Under the pieces are notes generated by a model that had not been told where the DNA came from, searched no databases, and was given only the letters and a program-made list of their open reading frames with translations. A program made the translations under genes and the position numbers. A DNA stretch of 32,000 bases from Ruminococcus albus 7 = DSM 20455 (GTDB lineage Bacteria; Bacillota; Clostridia; Oscillospirales; Ruminococcaceae), in contig NC_014833.1 of assembly GCF_000179635.2 (NCBI RefSeq), positions 1,200,001-1,232,000 of the forward strand, written 5' to 3'. Positions within the stretch are counted from its first letter, which is position 1; every line of letters begins with the position of its first letter. Below, piece by piece: positions 24,585-32,000 of this stretch.

Positions 24585-27500
24585 ATGCCAAAGAAACAGG
24601 ATATCAACAAGATAATGATAATCGGTTCCGGTCCTATAATCATAGGCCAGGCCTGTGAGTTCGACTACTCGGGTACTCAGGCTTGTAAGGCGCTGAGAAA
24701 TCTGGGATATGAGATAGTGCTGGTCAATTCAAACCCCGCTACCATCATGACAGACCCCGATGTTGCCGATATCACTTATATCGAGCCCCTTAATCTTGAC
24801 AGGCTCACACAGATAATCGACAAGGAGCGCCCCGATGCTCTGCTGCCTAACCTGGGTGGACAGTCGGGTCTTAACCTTTGCTCGGAGCTTGACAAGGCAG
24901 GCGTGCTGAAAAAGTACGGCGTACAGGTAATAGGCGTTCAGGTAGATGCTATCGAACGCGGTGAGGACAGGATAGAGTTCAAGAACGCTATGAACGAGCT
25001 GGGTATCGGTATGCCCAAGAGCCAGGTGGCTTACTCGGTAGACGAGGCTGTAAAGATAGCTGAGGAGCTGAAATACCCTGTAGTTCTTCGTCCTGCTTAT
25101 ACCATGGGCGGCGCTGGCGGCGGTATGGTATACAACGTTGACGAACTCAAAGTAGTATGCGCAAGAGGTCTTCAGGCTTCTCTCGTCGGACAGGTGCTTG
25201 TTGAGGAGTGCATCTTCGGCTGGGAAGAGCTGGAGCTTGAAGTAGTAAGAGATGCAAACAACAACAAAATAACAGTATGCTTCATCGAGAATATCGACCC
25301 CATAGGTGTTCACACCGGTGACTCCTTCTGCTCTGCACCTATGCTGACTATCCCCGAGGACGTTCAGAAGGAACTCCAGGATATGTCTTACCGTATAATC
25401 GAGTCTATCGAAGTTATCGGCGGCTGCAACTGCCAGTTTGCAAGAAATCCCGAGGACGGCAGGATAGTCGTTATCGAGATCAACCCCAGAACATCACGTT
25501 CTTCCGCACTGGCTTCCAAGGCTACAGGTTTCCCCATAGCACTGGTATCCGCTATGCTGGCTTGCGGTCTTACTCTTGATGAGATACCCTGCGGCAAGTA
25601 CGGTACTCTCGATAAGTATGTTCCCGACGGCGACTATGTAGTTATCAAGTTTGCAAGATGGGCATTTGAGAAATTCAAGGGCGCTGAGGACAAGCTGGGC
25701 ACTCAGATGAGAGCTGTCGGCGAGGTAATGAGCATCGGCAAGACCTACAAGGAAGCTTTCCAGAAGGCTATACGTTCTCTTGAAACAGGCAGATACGGTC
25801 TGGGCTTTGCAAAGGATTTCCATGATCTTTCCAAGGAGGAGCTTATGGATAAGCTCCGTTTCCCCACAAGCGAAAGACAGTTCATTATATATGAAGCACT
25901 GCGCAAGGGCGCTACAATAGATGAGATCTGGCAGCTCACCAAGATCAAGCACTGGTTCCTCGAGCAGATGAAGGAACTTGTTGACGAGGAAGAAGCTCTG
26001 CTGAAAAACAAGGGCGCTGTTCCCGCTGAGGCTGTACTCAAGCAGGCTAAACTGGACGGTTTCTCTGACAGATATCTGTCTTCTCTCCTTGAAGTTACCG
26101 AAGAGGAGATAAGAAATGCCCGCATCGGCTTCGGTATCAAGGAAGCATGGGAGGGCGTACACGTAAGCGGCACAAAGGATGCAGCTTACTACTACTCCAC
26201 CTATCACCTTGCTGAGGACAACAGCCCTGTTAATACCGAAAAGCCCAAGATCATGATACTTGGCGGCGGTCCTAACCGTATCGGTCAGGGTATCGAATTC
26301 GACTACTGCTGTGTACACGCTGCACTGGCACTGAAAAAGCTGGGCTTTGAGTCCATAATCGTTAACTGCAACCCCGAGACAGTATCTACCGACTATGATA
26401 CTTCCGATAAGCTGTACTTCGAGCCTCTGACTCTTGAAGATGTTCTGGCTATCCACGATAAGGAGAAGCCCGTGGGCGTTATCGCACAGTTCGGCGGACA
26501 GACTCCTCTGAATCTGGCTAACGACCTGAAAAAGTACGGCGTAAATATACTGGGTACAACTCCCGAAACTATCGACCTCGCAGAGGACAGAGATCACTTC
26601 CGCGCTATGATGGACAAGCTGGGTATTCCTATGCCCGAAGCAGGTATGGCTGTCAATGTTGACGAAGCTCTGGAGATAGCTAACCGTATAGGTTATCCCG
26701 TAATGGTAAGACCTTCTTACGTACTGGGCGGCCGCGGCATGGAGATAGTTCACGACGATGAGATGATGAGAGTTTATATGTCTGCTGCGGTAGGCGTAAC
26801 TCCCGACAGACCTATACTGATAGACCGTTTCCTCAACCACGCAACAGAGTGCGAGGCTGACGCTATATCCGACGGCGAGCACTGCTTTGTTCCCGCTGTT
26901 ATGGAGCATATCGAGCTTGCAGGCGTACATTCCGGTGACTCCGCTTGCATACTGCCTTCCAAGAACCTGAGCGAGAAGCAGGTAGCTACCATCAAGGAAT
27001 ACACCAAGAAGATAGCTGTGGAGATGAACGTAAAGGGTCTGATGAATATGCAGTACGCTATCGAGGGCGATACTGTATACGTACTGGAGGCTAACCCCCG
27101 TGCATCGAGAACAGTTCCGCTGGTATCCAAGGTTTGCTCTATCAACATGGTAAAGATAGCTACCGAGATAATCACAAGCGAACTGACTGGCAATCCTTCT
27201 CCTGTACCTCAGCTGAAGGACAAGAAGATAGGTCACTACGGCGTTAAGGAAGCTGTATTCCCCTTCAATATGTTCCAGGAAGTTGACCCTGTACTCGGAC
27301 CTGAGATGAGATCCACAGGTGAAGTTCTGGGTATCTCACCCAGCTTCGGTGAGGCTTACTACAAGGCTCAGGAAGCTACCAAGACAGCACTGCCCACAGA
27401 GGGTACAGTACTGCTCAGCGTATGCGACAGAGATAAGCCCGAGCTTATTGAGATCGCTAAGTCTTTCAGCGAACTCGGCTTCAATATACTGGCAACAGGC

Positions 27501-27809
27501 AAGACCTACGAGATGATAGTTGATGCAGGTATCCCCGCAAAGAAGATCTTCAAGATCTACGAGGGCAGACCCAACATCGCTGATGAGATCGCAAACGGCG
27601 AGATCCAGCTGATAATCAACACTCCCGCAGGCAAGACCAGCGCTCACGATGACAGCTATATCAGAAAGAACGCTATCAAGCACCGCATACCTTACATCAC
27701 CACCATGGCAGCAGCCAAGGCAAGTGCCGAGGGCATACGTGCTATCAAGCAGAAGACCCACTTCGGCGTTAAGTCTCTCCAGGCTCACCACGCTGATATC
27801 ACTGAGTAA
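24585..27809 (+). CDS. carB: Carbamoyl-phosphate synthase large subunit
   Basis: MPKKQDINKIMIIGSGPIIIGQACEFDYSGTQACKAL..., with duplicated ATP-grasp halves and a C-terminal MGS-like domain. The ATG at 24585 has an AGGAGA RBS 6 nt upstream. The ORF-track GTG at 24564 is unlikely. Confidence 0.97.
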   Translation: MPKKQDINKIMIIGSGPIIIGQACEFDYSGTQACKALRNLGYEIVLVNSNPATIMTDPDVADITYIEPLNLDRLTQIIDKERPDALLPNLGGQSGLNLCSELDKAGVLKKYGVQVIGVQVDAIERGEDRIEFKNAMNELGIGMPKSQVAYSVDEAVKIAEELKYPVVLRPAYTMGGAGGGMVYNVDELKVVCARGLQASLVGQVLVEECIFGWEELELEVVRDANNNKITVCFIENIDPIGVHTGDSFCSAPMLTIPEDVQKELQDMSYRIIESIEVIGGCNCQFARNPEDGRIVVIEINPRTSRSSALASKATGFPIALVSAMLACGLTLDEIPCGKYGTLDKYVPDGDYVVIKFARWAFEKFKGAEDKLGTQMRAVGEVMSIGKTYKEAFQKAIRSLETGRYGLGFAKDFHDLSKEELMDKLRFPTSERQFIIYEALRKGATIDEIWQLTKIKHWFLEQMKELVDEEEALLKNKGAVPAEAVLKQAKLDGFSDRYLSSLLEVTEEEIRNARIGFGIKEAWEGVHVSGTKDAAYYYSTYHLAEDNSPVNTEKPKIMILGGGPNRIGQGIEFDYCCVHAALALKKLGFESIIVNCNPETVSTDYDTSDKLYFEPLTLEDVLAIHDKEKPVGVIAQFGGQTPLNLANDLKKYGVNILGTTPETIDLAEDRDHFRAMMDKLGIPMPEAGMAVNVDEALEIANRIGYPVMVRPSYVLGGRGMEIVHDDEMMRVYMSAAVGVTPDRPILIDRFLNHATECEADAISDGEHCFVPAVMEHIELAGVHSGDSACILPSKNLSEKQVATIKEYTKKIAVEMNVKGLMNMQYAIEGDTVYVLEANPRASRTVPLVSKVCSINMVKIATEIITSELTGNPSPVPQLKDKKIGHYGVKEAVFPFNMFQEVDPVLGPEMRSTGEVLGISPSFGEAYYKAQEATKTALPTEGTVLLSVCDRDKPELIEIAKSFSELGFNILATGKTYEMIVDAGIPAKKIFKIYEGRPNIADEIANGEIQLIINTPAGKTSAHDDSYIRKNAIKHRIPYITTMAAAKASAEGIRAIKQKTHFGVKSLQAHHADITE

Positions 27810-27824
27810 TAGTAAAAATAAAAT

Positions 27825-27860
27825 AGCGCTCGCATCGTTAAGATGCGGGCGCTGTTTTTC
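27825..27860. terminator. Bidirectional rho-independent terminator after carB (it may also serve the convergent sigma/anti-sigma operon)
   Basis: AGCGCTCGCATC-gtta-aGATGCGGGCGCT, followed by GTTTTT on the + strand. The - strand has ATTTTATTTTT after the stem. Confidence 0.7.
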
Positions 27861-27991
27861 GTATTATGTCTATCCATTTAACACACTAAATAATGCGACT
27901 GTATAAAGTAGTACATTTGTTGATACCACTAATTACTATTAGTTGTCAGCAAAGGATGTTTAGTGTGTCAGTGGGATTGCCATATTTCATA

Positions 27992-28576
27992 TTAATTGAG
28001 TGGTGTTGTGCTGATAGAAGTGTTTTTGTTGGGCTCTATCTCGATATCAATGAGCTGCTCACCGTCATTGAGCTGACACTTGCAGTAGCCGTTCTCGTCG
28101 AACTTGTCTGTTATATCCTCTTTGAAGTCCTTGCTGTAGACCCATACAGTGCCGTCATCCTTGAAATCAACATAAATATCATCCTCGATACACTCAAGTA
28201 CCTCTTCCTCAGTCAGCGGTCTTTCTCCGCCAAAGCCGTCCATAGCCATACCGCCGCCGTGTATCTCCTTTTCCTCGCCGCTCTCATCGGTGTATTTCAG
28301 CTCGTATTCAGTAATATCCTCACTTTGCTTTATATCCACAACAGCTTCTGTCTGCTCGCCGTGGAGCCATATATTCACTTTCTTCTGTATACCGCCGATA
28401 TCTGCCGCATAAGCACCTACGCTCATAGCTGCCACGATAGCTGCTGCTGCACAAACTGCTGTTATTCTCTTTGAAATTCTTATACCTTTTCTCTTGTTCA
28501 TTGTCAGTTCCTCCAAATCAAATTCGGAGGCATGAAGCACTGAAAATGTACGCTGATATTTTTCCTTGTTAGTCAT
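27992..28576 (-). CDS. Putative membrane-anchored anti-sigma factor (short cytoplasmic N-terminus, one TM, acidic extracytoplasmic domain)
   Basis: 194 aa. The start overlaps the sigma gene stop by 8 nt (ATGACTAA). TM helix is ITAVCAAAAIVAAMSVGAYAA. No zinc-binding HxxxCxxC motif. The function is assigned from gene context only. Confidence 0.55.
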   Translation of the reverse strand: MTNKEKYQRTFSVLHASEFDLEELTMNKRKGIRISKRITAVCAAAAIVAAMSVGAYAADIGGIQKKVNIWLHGEQTEAVVDIKQSEDITEYELKYTDESGEEKEIHGGGMAMDGFGGERPLTEEEVLECIEDDIYVDFKDDGTVWVYSKDFKEDITDKFDENGYCKCQLNDGEQLIDIEIEPNKNTSISTTPLN

Positions 28577-29048
28577 TGTTCCATTCCTCCGTCAACATTT
28601 CTTTCAACAGAGCACGCCCTCTGCTGAGCTGACTTTTTACCGTTCCCTCGCGTTGTTTCAGCGTATTCGATATCTCGGTGATGCTCATTTCCTCGTAGTA
28701 AAACAAGTGTATAACTATACGATATTTGTCGGGAAGCTTCATCACTGCCTCGAACAGTTCGCTGTCTTCGGGGGCTGCAAATTCCAGCTCGTCCATATAG
28801 TCCTCCCACGGGACGGAATTTTTTCTTGCGAACGAGCGTGTGAGATCCTTTGCACGGTTGATAGCAGTACGCAGAAGCCACGCTTTGATATGCTCATCAT
28901 CATTATAGTCCATATTTTTGGATATGTACTTGAAGAAAGTGTCATGTACAGTATCATCGGCATCTGTCTTGTTGCGACATATACTGAATGCCGCTGCAAA
29001 GGCATTGTCTGCATATCTGCGGTAAGCTTCGTCTGCTGTCAGTCTCAT
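28569..29048 (-). CDS. ECF-type RNA polymerase sigma-70 family factor
   Basis: 159 aa. Region 2 is ...DADDTVHDTFFKY...AWLLRTAINRAKD. Region 4 HTH is LFYYEEMSITEISNTLKQREGTVKSQLSRGRALL. An AGGAGA RBS lies 6 nt upstream. Confidence 0.9.
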   Translation of the reverse strand: MRLTADEAYRRYADNAFAAAFSICRNKTDADDTVHDTFFKYISKNMDYNDDEHIKAWLLRTAINRAKDLTRSFARKNSVPWEDYMDELEFAAPEDSELFEAVMKLPDKYRIVIHLFYYEEMSITEISNTLKQREGTVKSQLSRGRALLKEMLTEEWNND

Positions 29049-29097
29049 CGGGTGTCTCCTAGATTTATTTTTGTCTGAAAGGTCCTTTCAACAATAA

Positions 29098-29124
29098 CAC
29101 GTATGAGGGCTGCGAAAGGTTGCA
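29098..29124 (-). promoter_or_regulatory. Candidate ECF-type (autoregulated) promoter: TGCAAC-N17-CGTG
   Basis: On the minus strand the -35 is TGCAAC (29124-29119), followed by a 17-nt spacer and the -10 CGTG (29101-29098). It sits ~50 nt upstream of the sigma ATG. AAC/CGT-type elements are typical of group IV sigma promoters. Confidence 0.45.
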
Positions 29125-29161
29125 AAAAAAGAAAATTTTTTTCAAAAAAATATTTTCAGCC

Positions 29162-29190
29162 GTGAAATGCCCGATAAATCGGGATTTCAC
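29162..29190 (-). terminator. Possible terminator hairpin downstream of the ATPase gene
   Basis: 12-bp stem with one bulge: GTGAAAT(G)CCCGA ... TCGGGATTTCAC. On the minus strand a long T-rich tract begins ~10 nt after the stem, so it is not canonical. Confidence 0.4.
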
Positions 29191-29210
29191 AAAACATGCG
29201 CCCGCTGAAA

Positions 29211-29332
29211 CTGCGAGCGCATACGAATTTTTTTTACGTATAACAAATTGTACGAACGCATATGTATCATTACAAACGTATACCAAATTGTACAAGCGCA
29301 TACGGAGGCATACAAAAACTTACGAACGTATC
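29211..29332. repeat. Phased array of TAC(G/A)A(A/G)CG(C/T)ATA motifs with a 20-bp period (about 40-bp tandem units)
   Basis: CG(C/T)ATA hexamers start at 29218, 29237, 29257, 29277 and 29297, with CGTATC at 29327. Full 12-mers are at 29251 (TACGAACGCATA), 29271 (TACAAACGTATA), 29291 (TACAAGCGCATA) and 29321 (TACGAACGTATC). Two 27-nt cores (29236-29262 and 29276-29302) are 24/27 identical. Confidence 0.7.
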
Positions 29333-31173
29333 TTCATGGTTCTCATGGCATTGAGTATTGCTATCACAGAGACGCCAACGTCTGCAAATACCGCCAGCCA
29401 CATATTAGCGATACCAAGCGCACCCAGTATCAGCACCAGCGCTTTTACACCAAGTGCGAAAACTATGTTCTCACGAACTATTCGTACCGTCTTGCGTGCT
29501 ATCTTCATCGCAAGTGATATCTTAGCAGGGTCATCGTCCATAAGAACTATATCAGCCGCTTCGATAGCCGCGTCGCTGCCAAGGCTTCCCATGGCTATGC
29601 CGACATCTGCGCGTGTAAGAACAGGCGCATCGTTTATGCCGTCACCCACAAATACCAGTGAAGAACCCTCCTGCTTTTCTTTCAGAAGTTCTTCCACCTT
29701 TTCCACCTTGTCCGCAGGCAGAAGTTCAGCGTAAACCTTATCAAGTCCAAGCGTATTTGCAACTTCCTCAGCTGTTGACTTTGCATCGCCCGTAAGCATA
29801 ACAGTCTGCTTAACGCCGTTCTCTTTAAGACTTTTTATAGCCTCTGCTGAAGTTTCCTTTACAACATCGGATATAACGATATGTCCCGCATATCCGCCGT
29901 CAGCCGCAACGTGTACCATAGTACCCCTGCAGCTGCATTCGGGAACATCAACGCTTTGCTTAGCCATCAGCTTTTTGTTGCCTGCATATATTTCTCTGCC
30001 GTCTATCACAGCACGTATGCCGTGACCCGATATCTCCTCATCGGAAGTTATCCTGCCGTGATCGACTTCCTTGCCGAACTTAGCGCATACCGACCTTGCT
30101 ATGGGGTGGTCGGAATAACTCTCTGCATGGGCGGCAAGGTCAAGAAGTTCGTCCTCGCCCATAGAATCGGAGTGTATCTTCGTTACTTCAAAACTGCCCT
30201 TCGTAAGCGTTCCTGTCTTATCAAAAACAACAGTTTCGGCATTAGCAAGTGCCTCCAGATAATTTCCGCCCTTTACCAGTATGCCGCGCTTGCTTGCACC
30301 GCCTATGCCTCCGAAAAAGCTCAGTGGTACAGATATTACCAGCGCACAGGGGCAGGATATTACCAGGAATATCAGCGCACGGTGTATCCAGTCAGCCCAG
30401 CCGCCGCCCAGTATCAGCGGAGGAAGCACAGCAAGCACCGCCGCCGCGATAACTACCGAAGGCGTATAGTACCTTGCAAAACGAGTAATGAAGTTCTCGT
30501 ACTTAGCCTTTTTAGTCGCTGAGTTTTCCACCAGTTCAAGTATCTTAGTAACAGTGGAATCCTCATATTCCTTAGTGACTTTCACTTTCAGAAGGCCGCC
30601 CTGATTGATGCATCCGCTTATTACTTCGTCCCCGACTTTTACCGACCTCGGAAGGCTTTCGCCTGTAAGTGCCGCTGTATCCACCGAAGAACTGCCCTCG
30701 ATTATAACGCCGTCAAGTGGTATCTTTTCGCCGGGCTTTATAACGATGATGCTGTCAAGCTCAACTTCCTCCGGGTCAACTTCTTCAAGCTGACCGTCCC
30801 TTTCAACGTTTGCATACTCGGGACAGATATCCATAAGGTCTGATATTGACTTTCTCGATCTGCCCACAGCCACGCTCTGAAAAAGCTCACCTGTCTGATA
30901 AAACAGCATGACAGCCGAAGCTTCGGGATATTCACCCACAAAAAGCGCACCTACGGTAGCCACGCACATCAGGAAATTTTCATCAAAAACCTGTCCGTGT
31001 ATTATACCGCGCACAGCTTTCCAAAGCACATCATAGCCTATCACAAAATACGGCACCAGAAATGCTGCCAGCCGCAGCAGGCTTTTTTCTTCAAGGGGCA
31101 GAAGTGCCGCTGTTATAAGCAGCGCCCCTGCTGCGATTATCCTTATCAGAACGTTTTTCTGCTTCTTCGTCAT
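29320..31173 (-). CDS. Heavy-metal translocating P1B-type ATPase, Zn2+/Cd2+/Pb2+-like subtype, lacking a fused N-terminal metal-binding domain
   Basis: 617 aa. Motifs: CPC in TM6 (ISCPCALVISVP), DKTGTLT, TGES (TGESLP) and GDGINDAP. A TM7 Lys (GVKAL) and TM8 ADVG are typical of the ZntA/CadA class. Confidence 0.92.
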   Translation of the reverse strand: MTKKQKNVLIRIIAAGALLITAALLPLEEKSLLRLAAFLVPYFVIGYDVLWKAVRGIIHGQVFDENFLMCVATVGALFVGEYPEASAVMLFYQTGELFQSVAVGRSRKSISDLMDICPEYANVERDGQLEEVDPEEVELDSIIVIKPGEKIPLDGVIIEGSSSVDTAALTGESLPRSVKVGDEVISGCINQGGLLKVKVTKEYEDSTVTKILELVENSATKKAKYENFITRFARYYTPSVVIAAAVLAVLPPLILGGGWADWIHRALIFLVISCPCALVISVPLSFFGGIGGASKRGILVKGGNYLEALANAETVVFDKTGTLTKGSFEVTKIHSDSMGEDELLDLAAHAESYSDHPIARSVCAKFGKEVDHGRITSDEEISGHGIRAVIDGREIYAGNKKLMAKQSVDVPECSCRGTMVHVAADGGYAGHIVISDVVKETSAEAIKSLKENGVKQTVMLTGDAKSTAEEVANTLGLDKVYAELLPADKVEKVEELLKEKQEGSSLVFVGDGINDAPVLTRADVGIAMGSLGSDAAIEAADIVLMDDDPAKISLAMKIARKTVRIVRENIVFALGVKALVLILGALGIANMWLAVFADVGVSVIAILNAMRTMKIRS

Positions 31174-31229
31174 CTTTATTCTTCTTTCTTCACATACTTT
31201 AGATCAGCGGTTTCAGGGCTGTAAGGTTA

Positions 31230-31451
31230 TTATAATACTATCTGACAATCAGGCTCGACCTTTTTGCACAGCTTTACAACCTTATCCATCAGTGCGTCCA
31301 TATCAGTTCCGTCGGGAACTTTAATGGTCATTTTCTGTGTCAGAAAACTTACTGTGCAGTCCTCAACCTCGGGAAGATCCTTGATAGAATTCTCCATTTT
31401 AGCAGCGCAGTTTGCGCAGTCCAGATCAATAAGTTTGTATACTTTTTTCAT
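31230..31451 (-). CDS. Stand-alone heavy-metal-associated (HMA) domain protein / metallochaperone
   Basis: 73 aa. A ferredoxin-like HMA fold is suggested by KLIDLDCANCAAKMENSIKDLPEVEDCTVSF (CxxC metal site). It ends with the double stop TAA TAA, 56 nt upstream of the ATPase start. Confidence 0.85.
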   Translation of the reverse strand: MKKVYKLIDLDCANCAAKMENSIKDLPEVEDCTVSFLTQKMTIKVPDGTDMDALMDKVVKLCKKVEPDCQIVL

Positions 31452-31509
31452 AATAAGTCATTCCTTTCAAATAAATATTAACTAATACTTTGCTCAGCGT
31501 TTTGTCAGA

Positions 31510-31998
31510 TCATTCTTTTGTTATCACAGCTATGGCACATGGCATCCTGCCGTCTACCAGATCATATACGACATTCTTATAACCGCCCTCGGTGAAGAAC
31601 TGCTTGTAGCTATCTTCATCAAACTGTCTTTTAAAATTGGCTCCTGCTTTGTCTATCAGCTTTACCGGGAGGGAATTGCCTTTCTTCTGTAGGTTTATAT
31701 ATGTGGGAATTATTACCTTTCCGCCCTTTTTGCATACCCTCAGAAGCTCGTCAACAGCTTTGTAGGGTTCGTCCAGCAGATGTATGACGTTTCCTGCCAC
31801 CACATAGTCAAAGCAGTTATCTCTGCATCTCAGATCATATATATCACCTTTGCACAGCCTTACGTTATGGAAGTTTCTCAGATTTTTTTCAGCCTGCCTG
31901 AGCATACCTGATGAAAGGTCTACTGCCCTGAGAAAGCCTGCTTTTTCTGCGAGATAACGGCTTATAGAACCTGTACCGCAGGCACATTCCAGAACTCT
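31510..31998 (-). CDS. Class I SAM-dependent methyltransferase, 5'-truncated by the window edge
   Basis: The frame of ORF 31510..31905 stays open to the window end. The upstream part encodes RVLECACGTGSISRYLAEKAGFLRAVDLSSGML (SAM motif I E.GCGTG-like). Confidence 0.85.
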   Translation of the reverse strand, partial: RVLECACGTGSISRYLAEKAGFLRAVDLSSGMLRQAEKNLRNFHNVRLCKGDIYDLRCRDNCFDYVVAGNVIHLLDEPYKAVDELLRVCKKGGKVIIPTYINLQKKGNSLPVKLIDKAGANFKRQFDEDSYKQFFTEGGYKNVVYDLVDGRMPCAIAVITKE

Positions 31999-32000
31999 GC

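Noticed and set aside
25494-27236. A 580-aa minus-strand ORF, plus other minus-strand ORFs (24729..25313, 25745..26173, 26774..27193, 27336..27791), all within carB.
   Set aside because: carB is unambiguous on the plus strand. The antisense frames have no recognisable motifs and an odd composition. They are a typical long shadow ORF of a highly expressed gene.
28573-29014. Alternative-frame minus-strand ORFs (28573..28881, 28742..29014) and the plus-strand ORF 28566..29078 within the sigma factor gene.
   Set aside because: Frame 28569..29048 encodes clear sigma-70 regions 2 and 4 and has a good RBS. The overlapping frames have no motifs and R/C-rich shadow-like composition.
29120-29734. A plus-strand 204-aa ORF spanning the intergenic repeat array and the 3' end of the ATPase gene.
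   Set aside because: It crosses a terminator hairpin and the repeat array, and it is antisense to a P-type ATPase with clear motifs. It has no RBS.

Overview
This window looks like a chromosomal segment from a cellulolytic Gram-positive anaerobe of the Ruminococcus/Clostridia type. That origin is my inference from gene content, GGAGG-type ribosome-binding sites and TTGACA-17-TATAAT promoters. I support 20 protein-coding genes, two of them cut by the window edges, and one ISAs1-family insertion sequence. I saw no rRNA, tRNA or CRISPR array.

Gene order from left to right:
- Convergent GH5 and GH9 cellulases.
- A membrane GGDEF(degenerate)-EAL protein behind a long leader.
- A serine hydrolase-fruK pair.
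- An intracellular GH27 alpha-galactosidase, nrdR and an EamA transporter.
- A roughly 1030-aa extracytoplasmic beta-propeller/Y_Y_Y sensor fused to an HD-GYP domain.
- The ISAs1 element.
- A two-gene operon encoding an MMPL (RND-type) transporter and a 1216-aa secreted protein built almost entirely of xxxLxxG heptads.
- A divergent methyltransferase-TetR unit.
- A monocistronic carB.
- An ECF sigma/anti-sigma pair.
- A split HMA metallochaperone plus a Zn/Cd-type P1B ATPase.
- A partial methyltransferase.

The best candidate for an undescribed system is the MMPL + giant heptad-fibre operon. Its control region carries four copies of the palindrome AATGAC-N5-GTCATT interleaved with two divergent near-consensus promoters, presumably operators for the neighbouring TetR.

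Other points worth a second look are the propeller-HD-GYP sensor, a C-terminally membrane-anchored GH9 cellulase, and a 20-bp-phased array of TAC(G/A)A(A/G)CG(C/T)ATA motifs between the ATPase and the ECF sigma gene.

All domain calls come from motif recognition by eye. No database search was run.
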